A stretch of 64,000 bases of DNA, taken from positions 1,888,001 through 1,952,000 of the forward strand of contig OY820579.1 of assembly GCA_963681965.1 (NCBI GenBank), read 5' to 3'. Made by a program: the position numbers and the translations under genes. This DNA is from a bacterium (GTDB lineage: Bacteria; Electryoneota; JAOADG01). The notes below the pieces were generated by a model that worked only from the letters and a program-made list of their open reading frames with translations, made no database searches and was not told the origin of the DNA. Below, piece after piece: positions 30,938 to 40,434 of the stretch (its first letter is position 1; the number at the start of each line of letters is the position of its first letter).

Positions 30938-33532
30938 TTGAGTGCCGGTGAAACTCTCAATTTATTGAATACAATCGCAGAAGAATTAGTATTGCTTGAT
31001 ATGCGCAACTTACACGAGGTTGCGAAATTCTTGTCTATTTTTGAGCAATTGCGTGATAACACCAAGAATACTTTTCCCAATACATCGGAAGTCGCGAAAC
31101 AAGCAATCATATCTTTGGAACGATATTTATTGGCAGACATGGATAAAGCCGTTCGGGTAACTCCCGAGGAAATTACCGATCGGATGTCCGGATTGATTAC
31201 GCTGCTTCAAACTCATCTAAGCACCAATAGCGACATTCCAAAAGAGAATGCATATTTCGAGCAAACCGATAATGATTCCAACGATGCAATTTCACCACTG
31301 AATCCCGATCAGCAGATTTTTCTTTCAGCACAAATCGAAACCCTCGATCAGTTATCTGCAAAAATTAACCTTTTATCAACACCAATCTCCGAAACTGAAT
31401 TACTTACCATTCAGGAATATTTTTCCAATTTGCGTGAAGATGCCGGAATTGCTGGGTTTACCGAATTTGCACGAATCGGATCTATTTTCGAAAATCGGTT
31501 CAATCCATCGATCGATAGTAAATCGATTAAAACGGTAATGCTCGATCTAATCGAATGGTTGAAGCAATCAGTTGCTGAACTATTAAATGGCAAACCACTC
31601 TCGTTTCCAGTTGAGATTCTGTTGGAATCGATCGATCAGCAACTCGCCAACCAAGATAAAGAAATGACTGCATTCGAAACACCTGATCGATCAACCCCGG
31701 TGTCTATTCAAGAACCAATCGAAATTCCGCAGGTAGTAAAGTCGAATAGTATCGCTCAACCTGATGAACCCAAAGTACCGCAATCACCGACGTTGCATCC
31801 AGCGCAAGAGGCAATGGGCGAGAAACCCCTTTCGGATCTTGCCGATCACGATATGATCCGTGATTTTATCAATGAGGCTTCGGAACATTTGAGTTCGGCG
31901 GAAGAAAAATTGCTTGAACTTGAGCAAAATCCGAACAACGCCGAAGCAATTAATACCGTCTTTCGCGCCTTTCATACTCTTAAAGGAGTAGCAGGTCTGT
32001 TAGGTCTCGACGATATCGGTATGTTGGCTCATGAAGCGGAAAATCTGCTCGATGGGATCCGGCGAAAATCCGATCGCATTACGCCTACAAGCTTGGAAGC
32101 ATCGTTTAAATCGGTAGACTTCCTCAAGCGACAAGTCAATCGACTTGCCGAATCGATGAGTCGAGGAATGGTACCCTCTCGTGATCGCGATCTCTTTCCG
32201 TTAATTCAATTGATTCAAAATGCCGTCCTTAATCGCCCCGCCGAGGGTACCGTCGAGCGAAGAGCATCAAGATCTGCAACCGACGCAGGCGAACCGGAAA
32301 CCGTTTCAACCGAAGCTGAGATCAAAGAAGAAGAAAAATCGGAAGATGCATCGCGAAAATTATTAATTCGAGAGCCGATTCGAGTGGATGCCGATCGATT
32401 GGATCGGTTGATCGATATGATTGGTGAATTAGTCATTGCCGAAGCGATGGTGCAACAGGATGTATCGCGATTGAGTTTGGAATCGACGGTACTGTCGCGA
32501 AATACATCGCAATTGCACAAGATCACTCGCGAACTTCAAAGTTCGAGTCTTTCATTACGAATGATGCCGGTCCGTCCAGTGTTCCAGAAAATGGCTCGCA
32601 TGGTGCGCGATTTAAGCAAGAAGGCTGAGAAGAAGATCGATTTCGTTATGGAAGGCGAAGACACCGAATTGGACAAATCGGTTGTCGATAAAATTGGCGA
32701 TCCGTTGGTTCATATGATTCGCAATGCCGTTGATCATGGAATAGAATCATCGGAGACCCGAGTTAAAAATGGTAAGCCACCGATCGGTACAATCATGTTG
32801 CGGGCTTTTCATCAAGGGAGCAGCATCTTTATCGAACTTTCCGACGATGGAGCTGGACTAGATCGCGAACGGATTCTTGAGAAAGGTCGCGAGCGCGGAC
32901 TAATTCGTCCCGATGAAGTTCCAACGGATGATCAACTTTTCAATTTGATTTTTCATCCCGGTTTTTCGACTGCTCGACAAGTGACCGGTTTATCCGGTCG
33001 TGGTGTCGGGATGGATGTTGTCCGTCGGAACGTCGAGTCATTGAATGGATCGGTCGTTTTGAAATCGACCAAAGGACATGGAACTACAATCGCGTTACGG
33101 TTACCGTTAACTCTGGCAATTATCGATGGTATGCTACTGCAGGTCGGGGTTGAACGATATATTCTTCCTACATTCAGCATCGTTGAATCGTTGCGCTTGA
33201 CACCCGGTCAATTAACTACCGTAACTGGAACCGGTGAAATGATTGAATTTCGCGGTTCGATGATTCCTCTATATCGAATGAATCATTTATTTTCAATCGA
33301 CAATGGTGTCGAAGACCCGTGCGAAGGAATCGTATTGGTTGTCGAGGAAAACCAAATTCGCGTTGCATTGCTTGCCGACACTTTGCTGGGACAATATCAA
33401 GTGGTTATTAAAAATCTAGGTACATTTCTCGAGGGTACGAAGGGGATTGCCGGTGGAGCAATTCTAGCCGATGGCAGAGTCGGTTTGATCGTCGATCTGC
33501 ATGGATTTTTGAATTTAGCAAAAACAGTTTAG
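30938..33532 (+). CDS. cheA: Chemotaxis histidine kinase CheA with long N-terminal extension
   Basis: Hpt FRAFHTLKG, IRVDADRLD, HMIRNAVDHGIE, DDGAG, GFST, SGRGVGMDVV, CheW-like P5; TTG start after GGAGG (ORF opens at 30845). Confidence 0.93.
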   Translation: MSAGETLNLLNTIAEELVLLDMRNLHEVAKFLSIFEQLRDNTKNTFPNTSEVAKQAIISLERYLLADMDKAVRVTPEEITDRMSGLITLLQTHLSTNSDIPKENAYFEQTDNDSNDAISPLNPDQQIFLSAQIETLDQLSAKINLLSTPISETELLTIQEYFSNLREDAGIAGFTEFARIGSIFENRFNPSIDSKSIKTVMLDLIEWLKQSVAELLNGKPLSFPVEILLESIDQQLANQDKEMTAFETPDRSTPVSIQEPIEIPQVVKSNSIAQPDEPKVPQSPTLHPAQEAMGEKPLSDLADHDMIRDFINEASEHLSSAEEKLLELEQNPNNAEAINTVFRAFHTLKGVAGLLGLDDIGMLAHEAENLLDGIRRKSDRITPTSLEASFKSVDFLKRQVNRLAESMSRGMVPSRDRDLFPLIQLIQNAVLNRPAEGTVERRASRSATDAGEPETVSTEAEIKEEEKSEDASRKLLIREPIRVDADRLDRLIDMIGELVIAEAMVQQDVSRLSLESTVLSRNTSQLHKITRELQSSSLSLRMMPVRPVFQKMARMVRDLSKKAEKKIDFVMEGEDTELDKSVVDKIGDPLVHMIRNAVDHGIESSETRVKNGKPPIGTIMLRAFHQGSSIFIELSDDGAGLDRERILEKGRERGLIRPDEVPTDDQLFNLIFHPGFSTARQVTGLSGRGVGMDVVRRNVESLNGSVVLKSTKGHGTTIALRLPLTLAIIDGMLLQVGVERYILPTFSIVESLRLTPGQLTTVTGTGEMIEFRGSMIPLYRMNHLFSIDNGVEDPCEGIVLVVEENQIRVALLADTLLGQYQVVIKNLGTFLEGTKGIAGGAILADGRVGLIVDLHGFLNLAKTV

Positions 33533-33568
33533 TCTCGTCTTTGAATTTATTGAATAGTGAGGATTACG

Positions 33569-34063
33569 ATGGAAGCGACTCTACCGAACACAGAAGTGAA
33601 ATCGGGTAAATATCTGACTTTCAAACTTGGAAATGAAGAATATGGTGTCCAAATTTTGAAAGTACGCGAGATCATTGGTCTGCTGGATATTACACGTGTT
33701 CCTCGAACACCGGATTTTATTCTTGGGGTAGTTAACTTACGTGGAAAAGTGATTCCAGTGATTAATCTGCGAAAGAAATTCGGCTTACCCGATGTCGAAC
33801 ACACAGCATTGACCTGTATAGTGGTCGTTGACCTCCAAAAAGTTCAAATGGGTCTCGTCGTCGACGAAGTTTCCGAGGTGTTGGATATTAAACAAGAAGA
33901 GATCGAAGATTCACCAGACTTCGGTGCTAGCGTCGATACCGGTTTTATCTTGGGAATTGGAAAAGTGAAGGGTCACGTATCGATCCTACTCGACATTGAG
34001 AAAGTTCTTGCACAAGAAGAAACGTTGCAAACGTTTGCTGCACTTAGTGGAGTCAATGGTTGA
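33569..34063 (+). CDS. cheW: Chemotaxis adaptor CheW
   Basis: YLTFKL..EEYG, VREII, GVVNLRGKVIPVI, GLVVDEVSEV. Confidence 0.95.
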   Translation: MEATLPNTEVKSGKYLTFKLGNEEYGVQILKVREIIGLLDITRVPRTPDFILGVVNLRGKVIPVINLRKKFGLPDVEHTALTCIVVVDLQKVQMGLVVDEVSEVLDIKQEEIEDSPDFGASVDTGFILGIGKVKGHVSILLDIEKVLAQEETLQTFAALSGVNG

Positions 34064-34103
34064 TCGCTGTTCTCAAGACAAATTCTTTGTCATCCGGAGT
34101 TAA

Positions 34104-34610
34104 TTGTTGAAACAACCGGTTAAAAGTTGTCATTTAGCACCTGCTCATGTCTTTGTCGAACGTCAATCGACGTTAGTCAGTACGGTAGTGGGAAGCAATG
34201 TCGCAGTCTGTCTTTGGGATCGGGAATTAAAAATTGGTGGTATGAATAATTTTCAGTTTCCCAATTCTAAACAAACTGGCAAGATATCTGTCATTTATGG
34301 TAATGTCGCCACGTTGTTGTTGGTTAAAATGATGATCGGAGAAGGTGCGCAAACCGGTAATATCGAAGCACAATTGTTTGGTGGCGGTATTCCTCCATGG
34401 AATCAAAATTCAAAAATCGGAACCGAAAATATTAAGATTGCTCGTTCGGTGCTCCGGCGAAAGGGAATTCGCATTGTTTCCGAAGATGTTGGTGGATCCC
34501 GAGGTCGGAAAATTGTTTTCGATACCCATAGCGGACAGGTTGCCGTTCTGAAAGTACAACGGATCCGCCAAGACGATTGGTTGGAAGTCGAAAAGCTTGA
34601 AAGCGATTAA
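34104..34610 (+). CDS. cheD: CheD-like protein lacking catalytic Cys and His
   Basis: STVVGSNVAVCLWD, GGMNNF, AQLFGG, IGTENI, SEDVGGSRGRKIVF. Confidence 0.8.
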   Translation: MLKQPVKSCHLAPAHVFVERQSTLVSTVVGSNVAVCLWDRELKIGGMNNFQFPNSKQTGKISVIYGNVATLLLVKMMIGEGAQTGNIEAQLFGGGIPPWNQNSKIGTENIKIARSVLRRKGIRIVSEDVGGSRGRKIVFDTHSGQVAVLKVQRIRQDDWLEVEKLESD

Positions 34611-34680
34611 TCCATTGCTAGACAATGGCAGATGCTACGACAAGTATCATTTCTAATTTTTAACATAGGTTTCGCGCAAA

Positions 34681-35490
34681 ATGAAAGCGGCGATATTCCA
34701 AAAGTTCTGCGATTTAGTTTACCGTGAAAGCGGGATATTCCTCAAAGAGGGAAAGGAATCCTTGCTGGAAGCCCGGATTGGTAAACGAAAACGTGCTTTG
34801 GGATTAGCCTCCGATGAAGATTATTTCGAACAGGTCATCTCCGATAAATCAGGACAAGAACTGGTTCAATTGCTCGATGTAATCTCGACCAATGTCACGC
34901 ATTTTTTTCGCGATCCGAATCAATTTGAATTTCTTGAGGATCTAATTTCAAATTGGATTGACGATGATCTTCGAACATTGCGAATCTGGTCGGCGGCATC
35001 TTCCAGCGGTGAGGAACCTTTTTCGATTGCGATGATTCTTGCCAAAGTGATCGGTTCGCATAAAGTCGATTGGAAAATTCTGGGTACCGATATATCGACC
35101 AGAATGCTTGCAGTAGCCAAATTGGGCGAATTCGAAGATGTAAAAATCGATGGTAAAATCGATCGATCACTGATTGCAAAATATCTCTTGAAACGAAATG
35201 TCGCGAACGGTCGTCAGATTTACTGTGTTGCCGATGAATTGAAATCGCACTGCAAATTTGCCAGATTGAATCTGATCGAACCACCCTATCCGATGCGAGG
35301 TCCATTCGATATCATATTTTGTCGAAATGTGATGATCTATTTCGACGAAAAAACCCGGCGATTAGTAGTTGAATCCATGTTGAATTTATTGAAACCGGGT
35401 GGGTATTTGTTTGTCGGAAGCGCCGAAAGTTTAGTCGGAATGCAGACTAGATTAGTTCCGGTACGTCCGGCGATTTATTGCAACGAGTAA
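34681..35490 (+). CDS. cheR: Chemotaxis methyltransferase CheR
   Basis: TNVTHFFRD, IWSAASSSGEEPFS, GTDIS, DIIFCRNVMIYF. Confidence 0.95.
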   Translation: MKAAIFQKFCDLVYRESGIFLKEGKESLLEARIGKRKRALGLASDEDYFEQVISDKSGQELVQLLDVISTNVTHFFRDPNQFEFLEDLISNWIDDDLRTLRIWSAASSSGEEPFSIAMILAKVIGSHKVDWKILGTDISTRMLAVAKLGEFEDVKIDGKIDRSLIAKYLLKRNVANGRQIYCVADELKSHCKFARLNLIEPPYPMRGPFDIIFCRNVMIYFDEKTRRLVVESMLNLLKPGGYLFVGSAESLVGMQTRLVPVRPAIYCNE

Positions 35491-35984
35491 TAGAATCGAG
35501 AATTATATTGCTCCATATTGTGAATATCTCCGATTATTGTGTTTCTTCGAATATTGAGGAAACAATAATAACCTATTCATTGGGTTCGTGTCTTGGAGTC
35601 ACGATCTTCGATCCTGTAATGAGGATCGGAGGAATGATGCATTCCATGTTGCCATTGTCAAAAATCGATCCGGAAAAGGCTGCTACGATACCGTACATGT
35701 TTGTCGATACTGGATTGACATTACTCTTAACGGAATTTTTCGCCCGTGGTTCCGAACGCCGAAACTTAAAAGTGAAATTGGCAGGCTGTTCGCATTTGAT
35801 GGACGAGAATGGCATCTTCAAAATTGGTGAACGGAATTACGCAGTGGCTCGCAAGATCTTGTGGAAAAATGAAATATTAATTGACGCGGAAGACATTGGC
35901 GGTACATTAACACGAACGGTGATGCTTAATATTGCGACTGGCGAAACGAAATTACGCATCTCAGGTAAGGAGAACCCGCTATGA
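35478..35984 (+). CDS. cheD: Chemoreceptor glutamine deamidase CheD
   Basis: TYSLGSCLGV, GGMMHSMLP, FVDTG, IGERN, EDIGG; true start may be slightly downstream. Confidence 0.88.
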   Translation: MQRVIESRIILLHIVNISDYCVSSNIEETIITYSLGSCLGVTIFDPVMRIGGMMHSMLPLSKIDPEKAATIPYMFVDTGLTLLLTEFFARGSERRNLKVKLAGCSHLMDENGIFKIGERNYAVARKILWKNEILIDAEDIGGTLTRTVMLNIATGETKLRISGKENPL

Positions 35985-36832
35985 AAATTCAACGGGAAAT
36001 CCTGTCGGGAATTTACGATTTACCTTCGTTTCCAGCAGTGGCAACTCGTTTGATTGCGCTGTTGCAGAACTCGGATACGAATATTCAGGAAATTGTTCGA
36101 ATTATCGAACTTGATCCGGCATTGACGGCTCGGTTACTACGGGCGGCTAACAGTGCTTACTGGGGTTTGCCGGTTCGGGTGTATCATGCTCGCGAGGCAA
36201 TATTACGACTTGGTTACGATCGGACGGCACAACTCGTCATCGCGATGACCATGGGTCCGATCATGAATATCGAGGTATCCGGGTACTTGCTGGGGTATCG
36301 CGATTTGTGGCAGCATTCGGTCGCAACTGCCGTTGCAGCGGAATGTCTAGCGATTCGCGTGAAAAGCCAAAACGCTTCGGAAGCCTTCACTGCAGGACTT
36401 CTGCACGATGTCGGCAAATTGGTGATGAATCGGTTTGTGGCAGACAATCATCGGAAATTGGATGAGTTGACAAATACTTCCGGTCAAAGTTATGCGGAAG
36501 CAGAGACGCAAGAATTCTCGATCAATCATGCCGAAGTTGGCGCCGAAATTCTGGAATACTGGATGCTGCCATCGTCGATCGTCAATGCGGTTCGCTACCA
36601 CCACGAACCGCAACGATCTTATCCCGATGGCTTGTTATTGGTTGAAATCGTCAACGTAGCCAATGCGATGGTACTGATGGCTGGCATCGGTGTCGGACGA
36701 GATGGATTGCGATTCCGTGTCGATAAACCATCGATCGAACGTTTTAATTTGTCGCCTCGAGCCGTTGCCGAAATGATGAGTCAGGTTGCTTCTCGATTGG
36801 AAGCAGCAAAAGAACTGATCGATCTGGAGTAA
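35981..36832 (+). CDS. HDOD domain-containing protein
   Basis: LPSFP, DPALTARLLRAANSA, WQHS, AGLLHDVGK, HAEVGA..W.LP..AVRYHH. Confidence 0.92.
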   Translation: MKIQREILSGIYDLPSFPAVATRLIALLQNSDTNIQEIVRIIELDPALTARLLRAANSAYWGLPVRVYHAREAILRLGYDRTAQLVIAMTMGPIMNIEVSGYLLGYRDLWQHSVATAVAAECLAIRVKSQNASEAFTAGLLHDVGKLVMNRFVADNHRKLDELTNTSGQSYAEAETQEFSINHAEVGAEILEYWMLPSSIVNAVRYHHEPQRSYPDGLLLVEIVNVANAMVLMAGIGVGRDGLRFRVDKPSIERFNLSPRAVAEMMSQVASRLEAAKELIDLE

Positions 36833-36842
36833 GGGTAAAACT

Positions 36843-37229
36843 ATGGCATATAACATTCTGGTGGTCGACGATAGTCAAATCGTCAGATCGGTGATCAAGA
36901 AGACCCTTGCCCTTGCCGGGATAGAAATCGGCAATATTTACGAAGCGGCAAACGGAGCCGAAGGTTTGGTGATCGTTAAGGAAAAATGGATCGATTTGAT
37001 TTTTGCCGATATTCACATGCCTGTCATGACCGGAATCGAATTCGTTGATAAACTTGCTGAAGATGGAATACTCGCAACGGTACCGGTAATCATTGTTTCA
37101 TCGGAAGGGTCGACAACGCGTATTGAAGAATTGAATCGAAAAGGTATTCGGGCTTTTGTCCGCAAGCCGTTTACTCCCGAATCGATCCGGGAAGTTGTGA
37201 GTAAAGTCATGGGGGAGGAGACTGCGTGA
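36843..37229 (+). CDS. CheY-like single-domain response regulator
   Basis: ILVVDDS, DIHMPVMTG, VSS, KPF. Confidence 0.9.
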   Translation: MAYNILVVDDSQIVRSVIKKTLALAGIEIGNIYEAANGAEGLVIVKEKWIDLIFADIHMPVMTGIEFVDKLAEDGILATVPVIIVSSEGSTTRIEELNRKGIRAFVRKPFTPESIREVVSKVMGEETA

Positions 37230-37693
37230 TGTTCGAACACTTACCGGAAGCCTCCCGATTGTTTATCGAGACGCTGGAACATGTTTCATTTCAGTTTGCC
37301 GAGCAGATCGAAGCCAACGAATTATCGCATATTCCCGACGATTTAATTGACGTCACTCTAGATTATCGCGGAGCGCCAAATGGTTCAATCCAGTTTGCCA
37401 CTAGTCGCGATTTCAGTCGCCAGCTTGCCGCCAACATGCTCGGTTGTGAGATTGACGATCCGTCGGTAGAACCTGCGATCGAAGACAGCATCGGCGAATT
37501 GTGCAATATTTATGCTGGTCAGCTAATGCCGGTAGTATACGATCCCAGCAAACAGTTTATGCTCGGAATCCCAATTCACAATCGATTCGACGGCGATCGC
37601 TTCGCTGATTTATCGAAGAAAGAATCGACAATCGTTTTTCTGATCGATGAAGAATATCCATTCTTGCTGAGTATCACTGAAAGCGAGCAATAA
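37226..37693 (+). CDS. CheX-family phosphatase
   Basis: LAANMLG, DSIGELCNIYAG (ExxN motif). Confidence 0.75.
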   Translation: MMFEHLPEASRLFIETLEHVSFQFAEQIEANELSHIPDDLIDVTLDYRGAPNGSIQFATSRDFSRQLAANMLGCEIDDPSVEPAIEDSIGELCNIYAGQLMPVVYDPSKQFMLGIPIHNRFDGDRFADLSKKESTIVFLIDEEYPFLLSITESEQ

Positions 37694-37699
37694 GCACAA

Positions 37700-38731
37700 A
37701 TGAAAACACGCATAGTCATCGTTGACGATTCCCTGATTGTACGACAAGTGCTGACGCGCGAGTTATCGCGCGATCCCGATCTTGAAGTCGTCGGAACCGC
37801 ATCGGATCCTTATATTGCGCGTGATGTGATTGTGTCGCTTCGACCCGATGTCGTGACACTTGATATCGAAATGCCGAGAATGGACGGAATTACATTTTTA
37901 AAGAAATTGATGAGATATTTTCCAATACCGATTATTATTGTTTCTTCTTTGACCAAACATGGTAGTTCGATGGCGATGGATGCGCTTCACGCCGGTGCCG
38001 TGGATGTTGTAGCAAAACCACATAATGCACAATCGATTGCCGAACTTAGTATTGTTTTGGCAGAGAAAATTAAAGCTGCTGCACAAGTCAATATTGAAAA
38101 GTACCGGATTCAATCGCTGATGTCGTTTGCGCAGACCAATCGATCGACGCTTGCTTTGGCTACCATTTCCTCGAAAATCATCGCCATCGGGGCATCGACC
38201 GGTGGCACCCAAGCAATCGAAGCGATCTTAACGCAACTCCCGGAGAATACTCCACCAATCGTTGTGGTTCAACATATGCCCGAAAACTTTACGAAGTCAT
38301 TTGCCGAGCGATTGGACCGCATCTGTCAGATCTCAGTCAAAGAAGGTGAGAACGGTGACGCATTGTTGATTGGTCGTGCGCTGGTAGCTCCGGGTAATAA
38401 ACATATGCTGGTAAAGAAATCCGGTAATAACTTTCAGATCGAGATTAAAGATGGACCACTGGTTTGTCGACAACGACCTGCCGTCGATGTGACTTTTCGG
38501 AGTGTTGCCCGAGTGGTCGGAAAAAAAGCCATCGGGGTGATTTTGACTGGTATGGGAAATGATGGTGCTGCCGGGATGTTGGAAATGAAGCAACAGGGAG
38601 CGTATAATCTTGCTCAGGATGAAGCAACATCGATTGTATACGGTATGCCAAAAGAAGCTGTAAAACTAGGGGCCGTGGACAAAATCGTTCCTTTGGATAT
38701 GATTCCACGGTCGATACTCGCCGCTCTATAA
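37700..38731 (+). CDS. cheB: Chemotaxis methylesterase CheB
   Basis: REC domain (LDIEMP) plus GASTGG, VQHMP, LTGMGNDGA. Confidence 0.96.
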   Translation: MKTRIVIVDDSLIVRQVLTRELSRDPDLEVVGTASDPYIARDVIVSLRPDVVTLDIEMPRMDGITFLKKLMRYFPIPIIIVSSLTKHGSSMAMDALHAGAVDVVAKPHNAQSIAELSIVLAEKIKAAAQVNIEKYRIQSLMSFAQTNRSTLALATISSKIIAIGASTGGTQAIEAILTQLPENTPPIVVVQHMPENFTKSFAERLDRICQISVKEGENGDALLIGRALVAPGNKHMLVKKSGNNFQIEIKDGPLVCRQRPAVDVTFRSVARVVGKKAIGVILTGMGNDGAAGMLEMKQQGAYNLAQDEATSIVYGMPKEAVKLGAVDKIVPLDMIPRSILAAL

Positions 38732-38744
38732 CGCCGAGGATTGT

Positions 38745-39104
38745 ATGAAAATTCTTGTAGTTGACGATTCCGCAATTATGCGTCGCTTGATCGCGAAACA
38801 ATTGAATGCTCACGGCTATGACGATATTGTCGAAGCCGGGGACGGTGCCGAAGCAATTTCCAAGTTAGAGGGGATCGATCTCATTCTGACTGACTGGAAT
38901 ATGCCGGTTATGAATGGACTGGAGTTTGTAAAAGCGGTACGAGCGATACCCGCAATGGGTAATGTACCGATCATGATGATTACCACCGAGGGGGCACGCG
39001 ACGAAGTCATCGAGGCGTTGAAATCGGGTGTCAATGAGTATTTAGTTAAACCCTTTACTTCTCCTGATTTATTGGATAAAGTAAAAAAATTGATTAATGA
39101 GTAA
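38745..39104 (+). CDS. cheY: Chemotaxis response regulator CheY
   Basis: ILVVDDS, TDWNMPVMNG, ITTE, YLVKPF. Confidence 0.88.
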   Translation: MKILVVDDSAIMRRLIAKQLNAHGYDDIVEAGDGAEAISKLEGIDLILTDWNMPVMNGLEFVKAVRAIPAMGNVPIMMITTEGARDEVIEALKSGVNEYLVKPFTSPDLLDKVKKLINE

Positions 39105-39116
39105 ACTGAGGCTCTC

Positions 39117-39650
39117 ATGGACACCAAGTATTTAAATCCTTTTATTACTGCTACCACGAATGCGATCGAGACGATGGTCGGAATCGATATCAAAGCCGGT
39201 GTACCTTTTTCGACCACCGACCCGTCACCAACTGCAGTTGCCGGTGTAATCGATATCTCTTTTAAAGCAGTGGATGCACGTCAATTTGCCGATATTACTG
39301 GCGTTGTCGGATTTGCCTCCTCGAAACTCCTGGGAAGTGTTGCCTTGGCATTTACCGAATCGGTTGCTTTAAAAATATACAATTCGATGATGGGTGAGAA
39401 TGTAACGTCGATTAACTCCGATGTCGGAGACGCCATCGGAGAATTAGCGAATATTATTTGCGGTAGCGCTAAAACCGAATTCTCGCTGATGAAATTGACG
39501 TACGATATCTCGATTCCATCCATCGTACAAGGAACAAATCATCGTGTTACGTTCAAACGTGACATCCCGACTGTTGTCATTCCGTTTATTCTCGATGGTA
39601 ACGAACAGTTTCATTTAGAGATTGCATTGAAATTATTCCCTGAAGATTGA
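39117..39650 (+). CDS. cheX: CheY-P phosphatase CheX
   Basis: YLNPFI, DITGVVG, DAIGELANIICG, ISIPSIV. Confidence 0.85.
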   Translation: MDTKYLNPFITATTNAIETMVGIDIKAGVPFSTTDPSPTAVAGVIDISFKAVDARQFADITGVVGFASSKLLGSVALAFTESVALKIYNSMMGENVTSINSDVGDAIGELANIICGSAKTEFSLMKLTYDISIPSIVQGTNHRVTFKRDIPTVVIPFILDGNEQFHLEIALKLFPED

Positions 39651-39669
39651 TCTATTTTTCAAGAATTTG

Positions 39670-39699
39670 ACCGGCGATGATTGTCATCGCCGGTTTTTT
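39670..39699 (+). terminator. Rho-independent terminator of the che operon
   Basis: ACCGGCGATGA-TTG-TCATCGCCGGT then T run. Confidence 0.75.
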
Positions 39700-39726
39700 A
39701 TTGAGAAGAATCGTATATTGGGAGAT

Positions 39727-40434
39727 ATGAATATTCTCTGGGTAGATCTAATTGCCGCGTTTTCTGCGGGTTTTCTCGGAAGCATCCATTGTATGGCGAT
39801 GTGTGGTCCAATCGCTGGGTATGGCTGTGGAATGCCGCGAACAAACCGGCGCTGGTTTGATCCACTGCTATTTGTCGGTGGAAAATTTGTATCGTATTCG
39901 CTACTCGGATTACTTGCTGGTGGATTGGGTAAATGGGTTTCTTCCAGTCATTGGTTGCCGAAAACGGAAGCGTGGTTGAGTATTAGTGTTGGTACCGCAA
40001 TGGCGGTTATAATTCTTTACCATTGGGTGGTTCCCGCAGGTAAGAGTGTTCACTGGTCAATCCGAATTTTCCGTCCGTTACTGCGAAAAATCGGCGATCC
40101 AGAATCGTCCGGATCGCGCAATCTTCTTCCTGCGCTATCATTGGGATTTTTCGCAGCACTTCTTCCTTGTGGACTATTGTATGCTATGCTGCTGCGTGCA
40201 GGCGCTACAGGCTCGATTTTATCCGGAATGTTGATGATGCAAGCCTTTGGAATCGGTACATCACCGGCACTAATCGGTATCGGTGCAATCTCGCATTTGC
40301 TACCAGCCAAAATCCAAAAACATGCGGTTCGCTTTGGTGAAATCGTGATGCTCGTTATGGCGGCAAGCTTGCTGTATCGCGGTATCAATGGATTGAAATC
40401 ACCGAAACAATGTCCGCTGTGTGAGGAAGATTAA
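39727..40434 (+). CDS. DsbD_2 / sulfite exporter TauE/SafE-like membrane protein
   Basis: GFLGSIHCMAMCGP, LLPCGLLY, FGIGT motifs; start after GGAG. Confidence 0.8.
   Translation: MNILWVDLIAAFSAGFLGSIHCMAMCGPIAGYGCGMPRTNRRWFDPLLFVGGKFVSYSLLGLLAGGLGKWVSSSHWLPKTEAWLSISVGTAMAVIILYHWVVPAGKSVHWSIRIFRPLLRKIGDPESSGSRNLLPALSLGFFAALLPCGLLYAMLLRAGATGSILSGMLMMQAFGIGTSPALIGIGAISHLLPAKIQKHAVRFGEIVMLVMAASLLYRGINGLKSPKQCPLCEED

Noticed and set aside
40431-40434. Convergent genes sharing overlapping stop codons (TTAA)
   Set aside because: Common compact arrangement with no sign of special function.
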